Positions 27,195-39,411 of a stretch of 64,000 nt of DNA are shown here, in pieces. Position 1 is the first letter of the stretch, and each line of letters begins with the position of its first letter. Source of the DNA: Eledone cirrhosa (taxonomy: Eukaryota); assembly GCA_964016885.1 (NCBI GenBank), contig OZ024745.1, forward strand, positions 15,500,001-15,564,000, in the 5' to 3' direction. A program made the position numbers and the translations under genes. Below the pieces are notes generated by a model. It saw nothing but the letters and a program-made list of their open reading frames with translations, ran no database searches and was not told the origin of the DNA.

Positions 27195-27807
27195 ACGTTG
27201 ATATTATTCGCAGCTGAGCTAGACTGAATATATCAGAAATTACTATGATTTAAGTTCAATTTCATGAAAGAGAATGCAGTTTTATGTTAGGGAGGCTCGA
27301 GGACTAGCAAGTGGTTCATACATGTGTTCATGCTTCGCTATGTTTTGTATCATTTTTTTTGTGTGTGTATTCCTTTTGTGTTGTCAGTTCCACGTAGAAA
27401 CACAACTAATCTTGTGCGAATTCTTTCCAATAACTACTATTTACGAGAAACCCAGACTTTGTGTCTCATATATAAAGTTTGATATTACTCATATAAGAGA
27501 ATTATTAATTGCTTGTGTTCGAAGATCTTTTTACCGCCTTCCTCCCAACCCATCGTCGTTTATGTTTGAGGAGTGGTTGTTTAACATAGAGCGACGATCA
27601 ATTACCGCTTTGTGAAAGCGACTAAATTAAATCTCTTTCTTGAAGTAGTTTTCTAATTGCCAACAAAATATACAAACAAGTGTTAGGGACGTACTCCATA
27701 ACACCAGTAATATTGACAACTCTTCATACAATGTTTAACACACAGCTCCTTACTTACAAATAGGAGTTATTTCCCCATTCCACTTGCTATTTGAGCAACA
27801 ACATATT

Positions 27808-27869
<62 letters not shown>

Positions 27870-27876
<7 letters not shown>

Positions 27877-29396
27877 AAAGTATGTGTCCTATATGTAATT
27901 AATACATACAGGGATACAAGTATAGCCCGTATGCCAGTGTGGTTCAATAGCAAGTTAATAAATTAACAAGCCAGAACATATAAAATCAAGGGAGTGTAAA
28001 CACAGAAAATATCATTAAAAATAATTGTTTCTACTTTAGACACAAGGCCAGCAATTATCCCAGTGTATTACTGGTACTTTATTTTATCGACCCCGTAAGG
28101 ATGAAAAGCAAAGTTAACCTCGGCGGGATTTGAACTCAGACCATAAAGGGTCGTAACTCTATGCTGCAAAGCATGGCGTCCGACCCTCTACTGATACTGC
28201 CAATCCACCGCCCTTTATCATAAAAAATAATAATAAATAATTAAATTCCAAAATATTCACTGTACTTACTATATGTGCCTTTACCGCGGTTTCAGATCCC
28301 AAATAAATAGACAATCCAAGTGGATTTCCATTGAGAAAGAGATCATCGTCAGAAGGCGTTTCTCTCTCGGAGAATATAAAATTCCCGAGTTCAAATTACA
28401 AACTAGCGCCATACCAAACTGCCTCAGAATGAATCAGTTATGGTTAGGAACGCGTGCAAAGGCGAAAGCACGTTGGAGAGGTCAATCTAATGCTACTAAA
28501 AATAGCAGCTATATGAACGACCGAAGGTGTCTCTACCATTGGGGAGAATAATAATAAAAGTATGTGTCCTATATGTAATTAATACATACAGGGATACAAG
28601 TATAGTCCGTATGCCAGTGTGGTTCATTAGCAAGTTAATAAATTAACAAGCCAGAACATATAAAATCAAGAGAGTGTAAACACAGGAAATATCTTAAAAA
28701 ATAATAATAAATAATTAAATTCCAAAAAATTCACTGTACTTACTATATGTACCTTTACCGCGGTTTCATATTTTTAAAGATATTTTCTGTGTTTACACTC
28801 CCTTGAATTTATATGTTCTGGCTTGTTAATTTATTAACTTACTATTGAACCACACTAGCATACGGACTATCATCATCATCATTCGTCGACTACTGTCGAG
28901 ATGATGGATCTCACTCTCATGCCCCAGAATTCCCTGTCCCCCATCGCCGCCCCCAGGTCCTGTCTACTGATTCCCGTAAACCTAGAGATAACGTCAGGGA
29001 ATGACAGCTTCCTACTCCTAGTCAGGCTGGAGTCAGGGTTCCAGAGCAATGGTAGAGACACCTTCGGTCGTTCATATAGCTGCTAATTTTAGTAGCATTA
29101 GATTGACCTGTCCAACGTGCTTTCGCCTTTGCACGCGTTCCTAACTATAACTGATTCATTCTGAGGCAGTTTGGTATGGCGCTAGTTTGTAATTTGAACT
29201 CGGGAATTTTATATTCTCCGAGAGAGAAAAGCCTTCTGACGATGATCTCTTTCTCAATGGAAATTCACTTGGATTGTCTATTTATTTGGGACCTGAAACC
29301 GCGGTAAAGGCACATATAGTAAGTACAGTGAATATTTTGGAATTTAATTATTTATTATTATTTTTTTATGAATTTTTCTGTGTTTACATTCCCTTG

Positions 29397-29403
<7 letters not shown>
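27870..29403. mobile_element. Tandem plus inverted HHR-bearing repeat complex (PLE pLTR or retrozyme-like), with nested SINE A (28022-28215) and an RTE 3' end (28871-29050)
   Basis: 27870-28294 repeats directly at 28550-28770, with inverted copies at 28772-28871 and 29050-29403. HHR gcctt CTGACGA..GAAA ccgcgg TA aaggc at 28277-28357(-) and 29231-29311(+). Confidence 0.85.
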
Positions 29404-29458
<55 letters not shown>

Positions 29459-29465
<7 letters not shown>

Positions 29466-30030
29466 AAGTTAAATAAAAGTCAAATGATTAAAATTTAGCT
29501 TCGTTTATTACTGCTATATATATTTCAGTGACAGCCATCTTTGGCTGTGACCTCTTCAGGCAGTTTGAATTAGTATGGTATAGACAAGTACATATGTTGT
29601 TTAGGTGTATAATATTGTTAATACTCTGATATGCCCAGTTCCTTGTTGGGTTGTTAATTCACTGAGGAACTGGAGTCATCCTCTTCAGGCAGTTTGAATT
29701 AGTATGATATAGACAAGTACATATGTTGTTTAGGTGTATAATATTGTTAATACTCTGATATGCCCAGTTCATTGTTGGGTTGTTAATTCACTGAGGAACT
29801 GGAGTCATATATGACTCCAGTTCCTCAGTGAATTAACAACCCAACAAGGAACTGGGCATATTAGAGTATTAACAATATTATACACCTAAACAACATATGT
29901 ACTTGTCTATACCATACTAATTCAAACTGCCTGAAGAGGTCACAGCCAAAGATGGCTGTCACTGAAATATATATAGCAGTAATAAACGAAACTAAATTTT
30001 AATCATTTGACTTTTATTTAACTTTATTTT
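29459..30030. mobile_element. Fold-back repeat with internal tandem duplication and canonical HHRs at 29510-29564(-) and 29926-29980(+)
   Basis: actgc CTGAAGA ggtcacagcc..ggctgtcact GAAA tatata TA gcagt; palindrome centre GGAGTCATATATGACTCC. Confidence 0.85.
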
Positions 30031-30154
30031 ACACTACTCCGGAGTAACCAAACCAACCTGCGCACTTCGTCGAGTGCTCCAGCCTGCATACTGGGGTGTT
30101 GGTATACAACCAACATAAACTCAAAATCTCTCTCTCTATATATATATATATATA

Positions 30155-31880
30155 TAGTAATAATAATAAATTTGAAGACTAAAATCCAAAGAGGGCTCGA
30201 TAAGGATAAATATATATCAAATATATAAGAACCATAGAGCAAATATTTATTAAAATAACAGATTAAAGTTTAAGCAAAGAATCGCTGCTTTCACCCTTAA
30301 CGGGATCTTCTGAAACTAACAAAGTCAATCTGTAAACGCAGAAGTGGATATTTCAAAAAACATTGCAACCGGAGGAAGACAGGAAGACGATACTTTGGTT
30401 CGTGGAAACGTTCCCTGGCAAAGAACGGGAAAAAACGAATATAATACGTCATTAATAGGAGCGGTGAAAAACAATTACGCGCAAAGACAAAACCACGTTT
30501 ATGGTATAAAAGAGGTCGTAGACTAATGTTCTCTTAGGTGGTTCATAGAGACGTCTCTGGCAATGAACGAAAAAAACGAAGATAATACGTCATATGTGGA
30601 TCGTGGAGAACAATTGCACGCAAAGACAAAACCACGTAAATGGTATAGCAGAAGTCGTAGACTAAAATTCTAACTAGGAGACCGAATGAATCTCCGCTTC
30701 AGAGTTAAGAACAAAGTAAATAAATACAATACAGAGGTAATAGAAATTAAATAAATACATACACGCATACAAATACGTACATAGACAAGCATACGCGAAA
30801 ACACTTACCATAGGTATACAAAACCACGCACATATAAATATGTGTGTGTGTGTATGCGTGTATACAAATAAATAAATAATTAAATAAACGTATATAAATA
30901 AATAAATACGCATATAACAAGCGCACGCACATACCTACATGTAAATACACAAATGTTCGGAGACGTATGTCAACCAAAACATGAAGTACACATATACACA
31001 GACCCTACATACGTACGAACCTGCATACTCACACAGACGCAAAACTCCCGTATACACATAACCAAACCATATGTACCAGAATATATAAAATTATACGCCA
31101 TAACATATACAATCAAATATACGTACAAGAAGGTATAGGTACCTTCACAAAACATACAGGTAATATATACTTACCTATGCAAATAAGTAATGGTATAAAC
31201 AAAACATATACTTAGCTACCACATCAAGACGTAAAATATCCACGTATAGATCGTACTATCCGTTAGGGTATAACGTGGGGCTGTAATACAGGAAAGTTTT
31301 GTGCAATTTATGTTTACAAGCCGAAATTGCCTCAGATTTTTTGTTTAAGATGTGTTCTGTGGCGTAGAATATTTCCAGGGCCTCAGCGGCGCAGAGGTCA
31401 CAAGGTCTTTTATTTCCGTTATACGATCTAGCCCTAGCTAGGATCTCCCAGTGTAACTTATATTGGGTGTGGTTGTCTTTTAGACTCCAGATATAAGCTG
31501 AAAGCGACGTCATATTCCTTCTTAGAGAGTAACGAAAAGAATGGGTAGGCATGTAAAGACGCTGCTTGAATCTATTGGCGGTTAACCCTATGTAAGCCCT
31601 ACGGGACGTGGGTGTTTCAACCTTACATTTGTAGACAATGTTACTAGAGAGGCATTTCCCGGATAGGGGCAATCGACCCGATTCCTACAATTACAGTTAG
31701 TACTAACTACAGGGTTGCACGTGTTCCTACGGCTAGGTAGTTTAGCTAAATTTGAAGCTGTGATGTTATGTGCAAGGTTAGGAGTCGTAGAGTAAGAAAT
31801 TTTAATAGTATTTCTATTATCCTGTTAAGGGTGAAAGCAGCGATTCTTTGCTGAAACTTTAATCTGTTATTTTAATAAAT
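30155..31880 (-). mobile_element. 5'-truncated Naiad-like PLE with inverted 5' pLTR piece (31822-31880)
   Basis: GIY-YIG ORF, 3' region with HHR-like motif 30267-30317, (TA)n on both flanks. Confidence 0.8.
31256..31710 (-). pseudogene. PLE GIY-YIG endonuclease domain (Naiad-like), frameshifted at the 5' side
   Basis: CNC..CPLSGKC, NIVYKC..AYIGLT..FKQR, CDLC..E, LNKKSE..CKH motifs. Confidence 0.85.
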
Positions 31881-32000
31881 ATATATATATATATATATAT
31901 AGTGGTAGAACACTGAAAGGTAATATCCGTAGTGGTAGACCACTCAGTCGATGGGACGAGTTAGGTAGTAGTGGTTACACAGCAGTTAGTTCACCCTACT

Positions 32001-32036
32001 GAGAACAATTGTTTCACCTTAGCGGATCCTGAGCTC
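32001..32036 (-). ncRNA. Minimal HHR-like motif (G5C mutated)
   Basis: Reverse complement gag CTCAGGA tccgctaaggt GAAA caattg TT ctc. Confidence 0.5.
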
Positions 32037-32042
32037 GTAATC

Positions 32043-32132
<90 letters not shown>

Positions 32133-32183
32133 AGATTCTACAGGACTAGAACTGTTTCATTCTTTAGAAATCATCAGGAATCT
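32133..32183 (-). ncRNA. Compact canonical type-I HHR isolated between (TA)n tracts
   Basis: Reverse complement agattc CTGATGA tttctaaagaat GAAA cag ttctagtc ctg TA gaatct. Confidence 0.8.
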
Positions 32184-32290
32184 GATATATATATATATTA
32201 ACTGTGGAGATACAGAAGCGAAAACCAACCAAACAGTGAGTGTGTTCTGTTATTATTTCTGGCAATATTATTACAACAATATGACCCTCC

Positions 32291-32354
<64 letters not shown>

Positions 32355-32539
32355 TAATAAAATAATGAATAAACAAAGAAACAGTTCTTTATATTAAAAA
32401 ATTCATCATTTTACGATCGTTTCTAGGATATATATGTTAGTGTTGGTATGCATATCCTATAGATCTATGTAAAATTTTTACAAACTATCAGAGGGAATAT
32501 ACATACCTACACATATATATGCTGTCTTCAGAAAAAAAA

Positions 32540-33059
32540 TCTACATATATATATATATATATATATATAAAGTTGTAGTTCCTGTCTGTTTGTTTCTTTG
32601 TTCACGAACTCCTCCTGTGGTTTTGGAGATAGACCCACATAACCATATATATTCTGAAACTACATTGCCCAGGGTACTTGGATAAGTATATTACATTTTA
32701 ATCAAAGTGTTCGCCGGGGGCACAAACCGCCGCTGAAAATGTTTTCCCTTCGATTTATATGAAATCTAAACCATAGGTAAATGACAAGATATGATGCCTA
32801 TTCACAAAAGTTTTGAATTGATATTTTGAAAAAAATTACTTACAAGAAACAAAATAAGAAAAAGATTTAATAATGTAATTTTGATTTGATACATTACAAG
32901 AAATAATGTTTTCCAATTTTTCATCCATTACATTTTACATTGAGTAATATTGAAATGCAGAGTTTTTCTCCATAAATTATATCACTGATTTAAAATCAAT
33001 CATCATTTTCTTACAAAAAAAAATGTGTGAAACGCAGCAAGGCGCGGATAATTCGGCTA

Positions 33060-33061
<2 letters not shown>
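32540..33061 (+). mobile_element. Non-autonomous Helitron-like element
   Basis: 5' TCTA(TA)nAAG followed by a GTYT-like tract; 3' GC-rich short hairpin then CTAG|T. A similar 5' end occurs at 60061. Confidence 0.55.
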
Positions 33062-33105
<44 letters not shown>

Positions 33106-33133
33106 TATATAAATTTCCCCCGGACATAACACC

Positions 33134-33224
33134 CGTGTCTGAAAGAACCCGCAGAAGTAGAATCAGCCAGATCCATACAAGGACCATGACTCGAGCTACA
33201 TGCCGGCGAAACATTTGTAACACG
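33134..33224 (+). ncRNA. HHR-like motif (one extra A in the core)
   Basis: cgtgt CTGAAAGA acccgca..tgccggc GAAA catttg TA acacg. Confidence 0.55.
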
Positions 33225-33261
33225 AAATAAACTATGTCCAGATGCATCACTGATTTTTCGT

Positions 33262-35090
33262 TTTCTTTATAATATATAAAAAAGATGAAATCGAAAATGT
33301 AACTGGAGTCTTATTTTTTTTTAAATATATATATTTATTTGCTTCCTTTACCGGTTTCGCAGTTCTTCTGCTTTTCAAAACTAGGGTTGAGATGGAGGGT
33401 CTGTGGTTTTTCTCACATCTGGTTGGTCTCTGAATGTTACTTGTTTTATATGGAAAAAGTGGCTTGAAATGCCAGGTTTTTCGAGAAGTAATTTGATTGG
33501 TTGGTCAATAATTATAATAAATTTCGCGCCAGTTCGCGTTACAAAGTTCTTCAAACAAGGGGGGGGGTCACAGGTTGTTTTTTCATATATGAGTGTTTGA
33601 ATTTCTTTTTACTTAAAAAAAAGGGGGCTCACGAAGGCTTTTTTTAAATAAACGTAATTTGATTGGTTATAAATGAAATTATGGCTGTCACGTGAACAAG
33701 TTTTCATTAAATTTTCGCGCCCTTATTTGGAAATCCATTCTGTAGCCTTTTTAGAGTATTTTATGATAAGTAAAAGATAATGGTCAAGAGAAATGGGACG
33801 GGAGAATTGTTCTGGTTCAGTGAATATGGTTAGTTCGCTGGGGTGTCAGAATTCAGATTTTCTATTGAATAAAGAAAGTAAAGATATGTATGTTTATTTG
33901 TGTGCTTGTGTGTGTGTGAGTGTGTGTATTGGAAGATGATTCTATTAGTAGAAATGGGGGAAGGGAGTTGTGTGTGTGTATATGGGTGTTATGTGTGTGT
34001 GGGAGTATATTAAGATGGAGAGAATATATATTTTGTGTGTGTGTGTGTATATGTGTGTAGGAAAGTGATTCTATTAGTAGAAATGGGGGAGGGGAGTTGT
34101 GTGTGTGGGTGTGGGGGTTGTTATGTGTGTGTGTATGGGTGTTATGTGTGTGGGAGTATGGTTAGCATGTTAAGATGAAGAGAATATATATATATATATT
34201 GTGTGTGTGGGGGGGGGGGTAGGAAAATGATTCCTTTAGTAGGAATATTTTTGAATGAACATATTCTCCTTACTTATTCGTATTTGTTCTGTTGTATTGT
34301 CAGTGCAAACGTATGTTAAGGTTTATTTAGTTCGGGTTTTTATTTTCTAAAGTAGAAGGTGTTATGTGTGTGTGTATGTGTCTGTTTGGATGGTTAGCAT
34401 GTTATGGTGTTGACATAATGTATATTAAACCATATTTAATGCTGGTCTATATTTTTGAATAAACATATTTTCCTTATTTATTCGTATTTGTTCTGTTGTA
34501 TTGTTAGCGCAAAGGTAAAATGGGAAGACTTGTAATTTGGGTGTCTTATTACTCGCGCATATGTCTAGATATGCGCTTAGTGGTATCTGTCTCGTGGTTG
34601 GATCTCGTAACTGTTGGCGATGAAGTGTCATTCTATTTCTGAGTGTGAGTTTAGTTTGTCCTATATAATCTTCATTGCATCCTTTACATTTAATGGCATA
34701 AATTAGATTTTTTGATGAGCAAGTGAAGTGATTTTTTACAGTAAAATTTTGTCCTGATTTAAATGTATACGTGTTGCCTTCAATGAGGTGAGTGCAGGTT
34801 CCACAATTAGAGTGACCACATTTTTTGACACTTGGTTGTGGGATTGTGGTAGGTAATTTGGCATTGGTGAGTAATGTTTTCAGTGATTTCAGCCACTTTT
34901 TCCATATAAAACAAATAACATTCAGAGACCAACCAGATGTGAGAAAAACCACAGACCGTTCATCTCAACTCTACTTTTGAAAAGCAGAAGAACTGCGAAA
35001 CCGGTAAAGGAACCAAATAAATATATATATATATATATATTTTAAATAAGACTCCAGTTGCATTTTCGATTTCATCTTTTTTTCTTTATA
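33262..35090 (-). mobile_element. 5'-truncated Neptune-like PLE with inverted pLTR (33262-33464 vs 34890-35090)
   Basis: GIY-YIG ORF; U3:A8 minimal HHR ctt TTGAAAA gcag aagaa ctgc GAAA ccgg TA aag at 34974-35009(+) and 33346-33380(-). Confidence 0.85.
34425..34886 (-). pseudogene. PLE GIY-YIG endonuclease fragment (Neptune-like); the first ~21 aa of the listed ORF are read-through from the inverted pLTR
   Basis: CGHSNCGTCTH Zn-knuckle, NLIYAIKC..C..DYIGQT..LRNR, E..FI..P.LN C-terminus. Confidence 0.85.
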
Positions 35091-35254
35091 CTTTCACTCG
35101 TGTAGGACACCTCGGTTATTTTTGATTTTGTAAAAAAACCTCACTTTCTAATCTATATATATATATATAATGTAATATTAGGAAAAGCACTCGTCGTTAT
35201 GCAACTCATCCATCTTTGATGTTGAATCTTGTTAGTGGTGCGAGAACGGAGTTT

Positions 35255-35645
35255 TTATTGGGTAAAATGACAGAGGCCGGACTGGTGAAATTCCTTCAAA
35301 GATTTATTATAGCAAACACTATGTAGATTTAATGGCCAGGTTCCATAAGATCCAGGTGACATCATCAGGTGTTTATTGCATAATAGTTATATAATAAAGG
35401 AATGATGGTAAACACAATCCAAGCGGCTATAAGGAGATTTAAAAAACAACAGAGAAAAATGCTTTTGACTCGCAGGTGATCAAGAGGGCCAGTTGTTGTC
35501 AGTTTGGCTGACCTTTTATGCAATAAACACCTGAAGATGTCACCAGGGTCTTACGTAACCGGGCCACTGAAATATACATAGTGTTTTCTGAAATAGATCT
35601 TTGAAGGAATTTCACCAGTCTGGCCACCTGTCATTTTATGCAATG
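35255..35645. mobile_element. Diverged fold-back repeat with HHR-like motifs 35525-35586(+) and 35314-35374(-)
   Basis: aaacac CTGAAGA..GAAA tataca TA gtgttt. Confidence 0.75.
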
Positions 35646-36484
35646 GTATATATCTTAAACTTTATTTACAGTAACCACACAGTCCGCTTCGTTTCTTCTA
35701 ATTTTGTATTTACCGCTGTGATCCCCGTCTGCCTGTTTTTGCTCGATTTGTTGTCCCACCACGCTTTCATATCGACTCTCTCCTTCTCTCTTTCTTTTCT
35801 CTCTCTCTTTCTCTCCCCCTGTCTCTCTATCCATCTGCTCGTTTTTGACCTGGTCTCACACATGTGTCAACCCGCTTGGATTATCTCCCTTTCCCTTCTC
35901 CCTCTCGCTTCCGGTTCCTCCGTCTATCTCTCTCTCTCTCTCTCTATCTACATTCACTTTGCTGAGATCGCACAGAAAAACCTCGCTCTGCAGTTATATT
36001 AACCACAAGACTTAAGTCTAATCAGTTCGTTGTAACTTTCTCTATTTTCCCCTCGGTTACTCACTTACATATGCCATTGTCCTATGTCCCCCCTCCATTT
36101 GGTTTGTTTACTTCGGTTTTTCCTCTTTCCTTTTTCCTCCTTCTTCTTCTCTCTTCTGCTCGAGGCCTTTTGATTGATAAAAGGCCTTGGTCGCGCTGCT
36201 GATCGATTTTGATGTCCTGTTTTAAGCGCCGAAACATCTATGATCTGCAGTTAACAGCTGATGAAGGGGTTCTTCTCTTGTTTCGTCCATATTACTATCT
36301 TACACTTTGTTTACAGTAACCACACAGCCCGTTTCGTTTCTTATATATATATATATATATATATATATAACCACCGGATCTTGTTACCCAGAGAATTACC
36401 CACCTGCATTGTTGAGGCTTCCAAAACGACCTAAAGAAAATATACCTTATTATTCCACAATGTTTCAAGCAAATTTCTATACTC

Positions 36485-36542
<58 letters not shown>

Positions 36543-36644
36543 CGCACGTATGAGTGGTTTTGTTTGTTTTTTCCCATTTTTTCCATTCCTTCCTTTTCTT
36601 ACTCTTATCTTTCTATCTTACTTATCTTTTATTTATAATTCTAA

Positions 36645-36678
36645 CTTCTGATGAAGGACTAATACCCGAAACGTTAAG
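36645..36678 (+). ncRNA. Minimal HHR-like motif
   Basis: ctt CTGATGA agg actaata ccc GAAA c GTT aag. Confidence 0.55.
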
Positions 36679-38024
36679 ACTCTTTTCTCGTTACCTGTGC
36701 CCTCGGCTGGGTTTTTTAGTTTTAGGATGGGGCTAATATAAAATTGGTGGGGTTACTGTGTATTCTAACTTTTTTGTGTATGAGACCCCCCCCCCCACAC
36801 ACACACACATAACAAAATAAAAACCTAAAGTACCCCCCCTCCCCAGTCTAAATCCAACTCTGCGTGGTAGAGGCCATCTCCTCTCCAGATCTGAATACAG
36901 CAGATATCTTCCAGAGAAGGACAGAGAAAGAGTGAAGAATGGAAGTGAGAAAGAAATATAGAGGCGAAGTGGACCCCAGTACAGGACTGATGAGTATCTG
37001 GTAATAAATGAAGAGGGAACGATTTAAGTAAGCCATCTTACTTAGCAATCGTTATTTTGAAAGGAATGTATTAAACTTTCAGCACTATAGATTAAGTATG
37101 TTGCATGGCTGCGTCGGGAAGAAGTCCACTTGGCAACCACGTGCTTTTAATTGCAGTTCCAGGTGCAGAACCCTAAGCAATTGTGTTCTACTAGAGTTTG
37201 AAGCTGGCCTTGTGACTTTACTTTGGTAGGAAACTGCAGAAACCCGTCGCATATATATATATGTGTGTGTGTGTGTGAGTGAGTGTGTGCATGGTGTGTC
37301 TGTGTGTCTGTGTTTCTGTGTCTGTGTCTGTGTCTGTGTGTGCATATGTGTGTGTGTGTCTGTATGTGTGTGTGTGTGTGCGCGTGTCTGTGTGTGTGCG
37401 CGTGTCTGTGTGTCTGGGTGTCTATGCATTGTCAGGTAAAAATGAAATCGATAAAATAACTAACAGACTTGAAACCGTCAGTACCGTGTTCGATATAAGC
37501 GATTAAAAATCTGTTTAAAGTGGTGCCCCAGCAAGGCCGCATTCTAATGACTGTAACTAGTAAAAGGATGAAAGAATAATTAGTTTAGTAAGCTAATTAG
37601 TATGGTGATTTCTATAGTTTGCAAAGTTAGGCGTAAAGGAATCATAAACATAAACCAAAATATCACATAGGAAATGTAAAAGTTGAACAGAAGAGATGAA
37701 CTGCTTTAATAAGCTTATTGCGATAGTGATGATGGCTGTAGCTGAGAGTCCATGTGATAAATCTATTGATATCTTTATAGTGATGACGATACAAACTTCT
37801 GTATCTATATGATAAATCTATGGAAACATTAGGATATAACTGTTATAAATATTTAACTACATTAACTTCTGACACTATTTAAACTAATAAAAGAATCTTC
37901 CCACATTGAATGTCTTTCTGTATGAGTGTATGTATGCGTTTGAGAGTCAGTGTGTATGTGTGTGTGTATGTATTTGTATATGTGAGTATGCACGCCTTTG
38001 TGTGCGTACATATGAATTGCAGCT

Positions 38025-38167
38025 TAGAGTTACGCCCCTTTATGATCTGAGTTCAAATCCCGCCGAGGTTAACTTTGCCTTTCATCCTTACGGGGTCGAT
38101 AAAATAAAGTACCAGTAATACACTGGAGTAATTGCTGGCCTTGTGCCAAAAGTAGAAACAATTATTA
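38025..38167 (+). mobile_element. SINE A, 5'-truncated
   Basis: B-box, core and tail. Confidence 0.8.
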
Positions 38168-38422
38168 AGGGTATTGAAAAACATGAAAATAATCTATTAG
38201 AAAAGTTTTCCTTTTACTAGTTTTATATTCCATCCTGCGTCTACATAATAGTGCCCCATATATTGTATATATAAAATATACCCCATATTTCATAAACATC
38301 AATCATACATTTCGTTGACATAAATACATAAATGATACTTCATATTCTGTAGATATAAACACTCAGATATTCTGTAGATATAAACATTGTCTCATTCTAT
38401 GTAGACATAAACACTAATACAT

Positions 38423-38704
38423 ATAAAAATGAGAAAACTCATCGCTAGAATGAGTTAAAAAAGCTATAAATGCTGCCAAAGACAACGATGGGCAAAATTG
38501 CCTCAGATGACGGAGACCAGTGGCCAATGGTCAACGAAGAGACAATCCATAACGTAGGTGACAGGCAGATGAAGTATAGAAAAGATTGAAAGAGGAGTGT
38601 TTGCTCAACCACTGGCCGCTGGTCTCTCTCCTCTGAGACATTTTTGCCCATCACTGTCTTTGACAGCATTTAGCTGTTCTAGCGATGAGTTTTCTCATTT
38701 TTAT
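38423..38704. repeat. Diverged inverted repeat, ~105-bp arms
   Basis: ATAAAAATGAGAAAACTCATCGCTAGAA / TTCTAGCGATGAGTTTTCTCATTTTTAT and inner matches. Confidence 0.85.
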
Positions 38705-39192
38705 TTATATTCAAATAAACTCTCGTTTCGTCTCGATCAGAGACAACATTTTTTTAATAAATACTAATATTTTATGTATACATAAATATTAATATTAATA
38801 TAAAGCGTGGTGTGCTCATGGATGGAGATGCTATAATGACGCTTATAAGATAGGGTGAAGACCCGTAAAGTCGGGAAAAAATGTTGTCCATCGGCCTCTA
38901 CTAATATTTTATGTATACATGAATGCTAATGTTGAATATTTTGTAGATATAAATAGTGTTCCATATTTGTCCCAGAATTGAAAAACCTACATAAAGGCTA
39001 ATATTTTGTAAACATAATTAGTCTTATATTTTGTAGACATAGACATAACCTATACCATGTCAAATCATGTGTCAATTCATAACATCATGCGACCCTCTCC
39101 ACCACTTTCCATATTTCCAAAGCAATGTAACTCGGCAAACGTGTTAAGCGATTGATTTATTGATTGCAGGAGGTTATCATATATTTAATTTG

Positions 39193-39411
39193 ATAATTGT
39201 TTCTACTTTAGGCATAAGGCCAGCAGTTTGAAGGTGGGAGTCAATTAAATCGACACCAGTACGTTACTGGTACTTTACTTTTTCGACCCCGTAAAGATGC
39301 AAAACAAAGCTAACTTCGGCGGGATTTGAACTCAGAACGTAAAGGTACGTTATTCTATGCCGCAAAGCATATTGTCCGACGCTCTACTGAATCTACTGTC
39401 AGCCCACCGCT
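39193..39411 (-). mobile_element. SINE A
   Basis: Reverse complement of the family consensus. Confidence 0.8.

Noticed and set aside
31256-31672. Selenocysteine-encoding Naiad
   Set aside because: The conserved Cys positions visible here and at 57820-58080 are ordinary Cys codons, not in-frame TGA.
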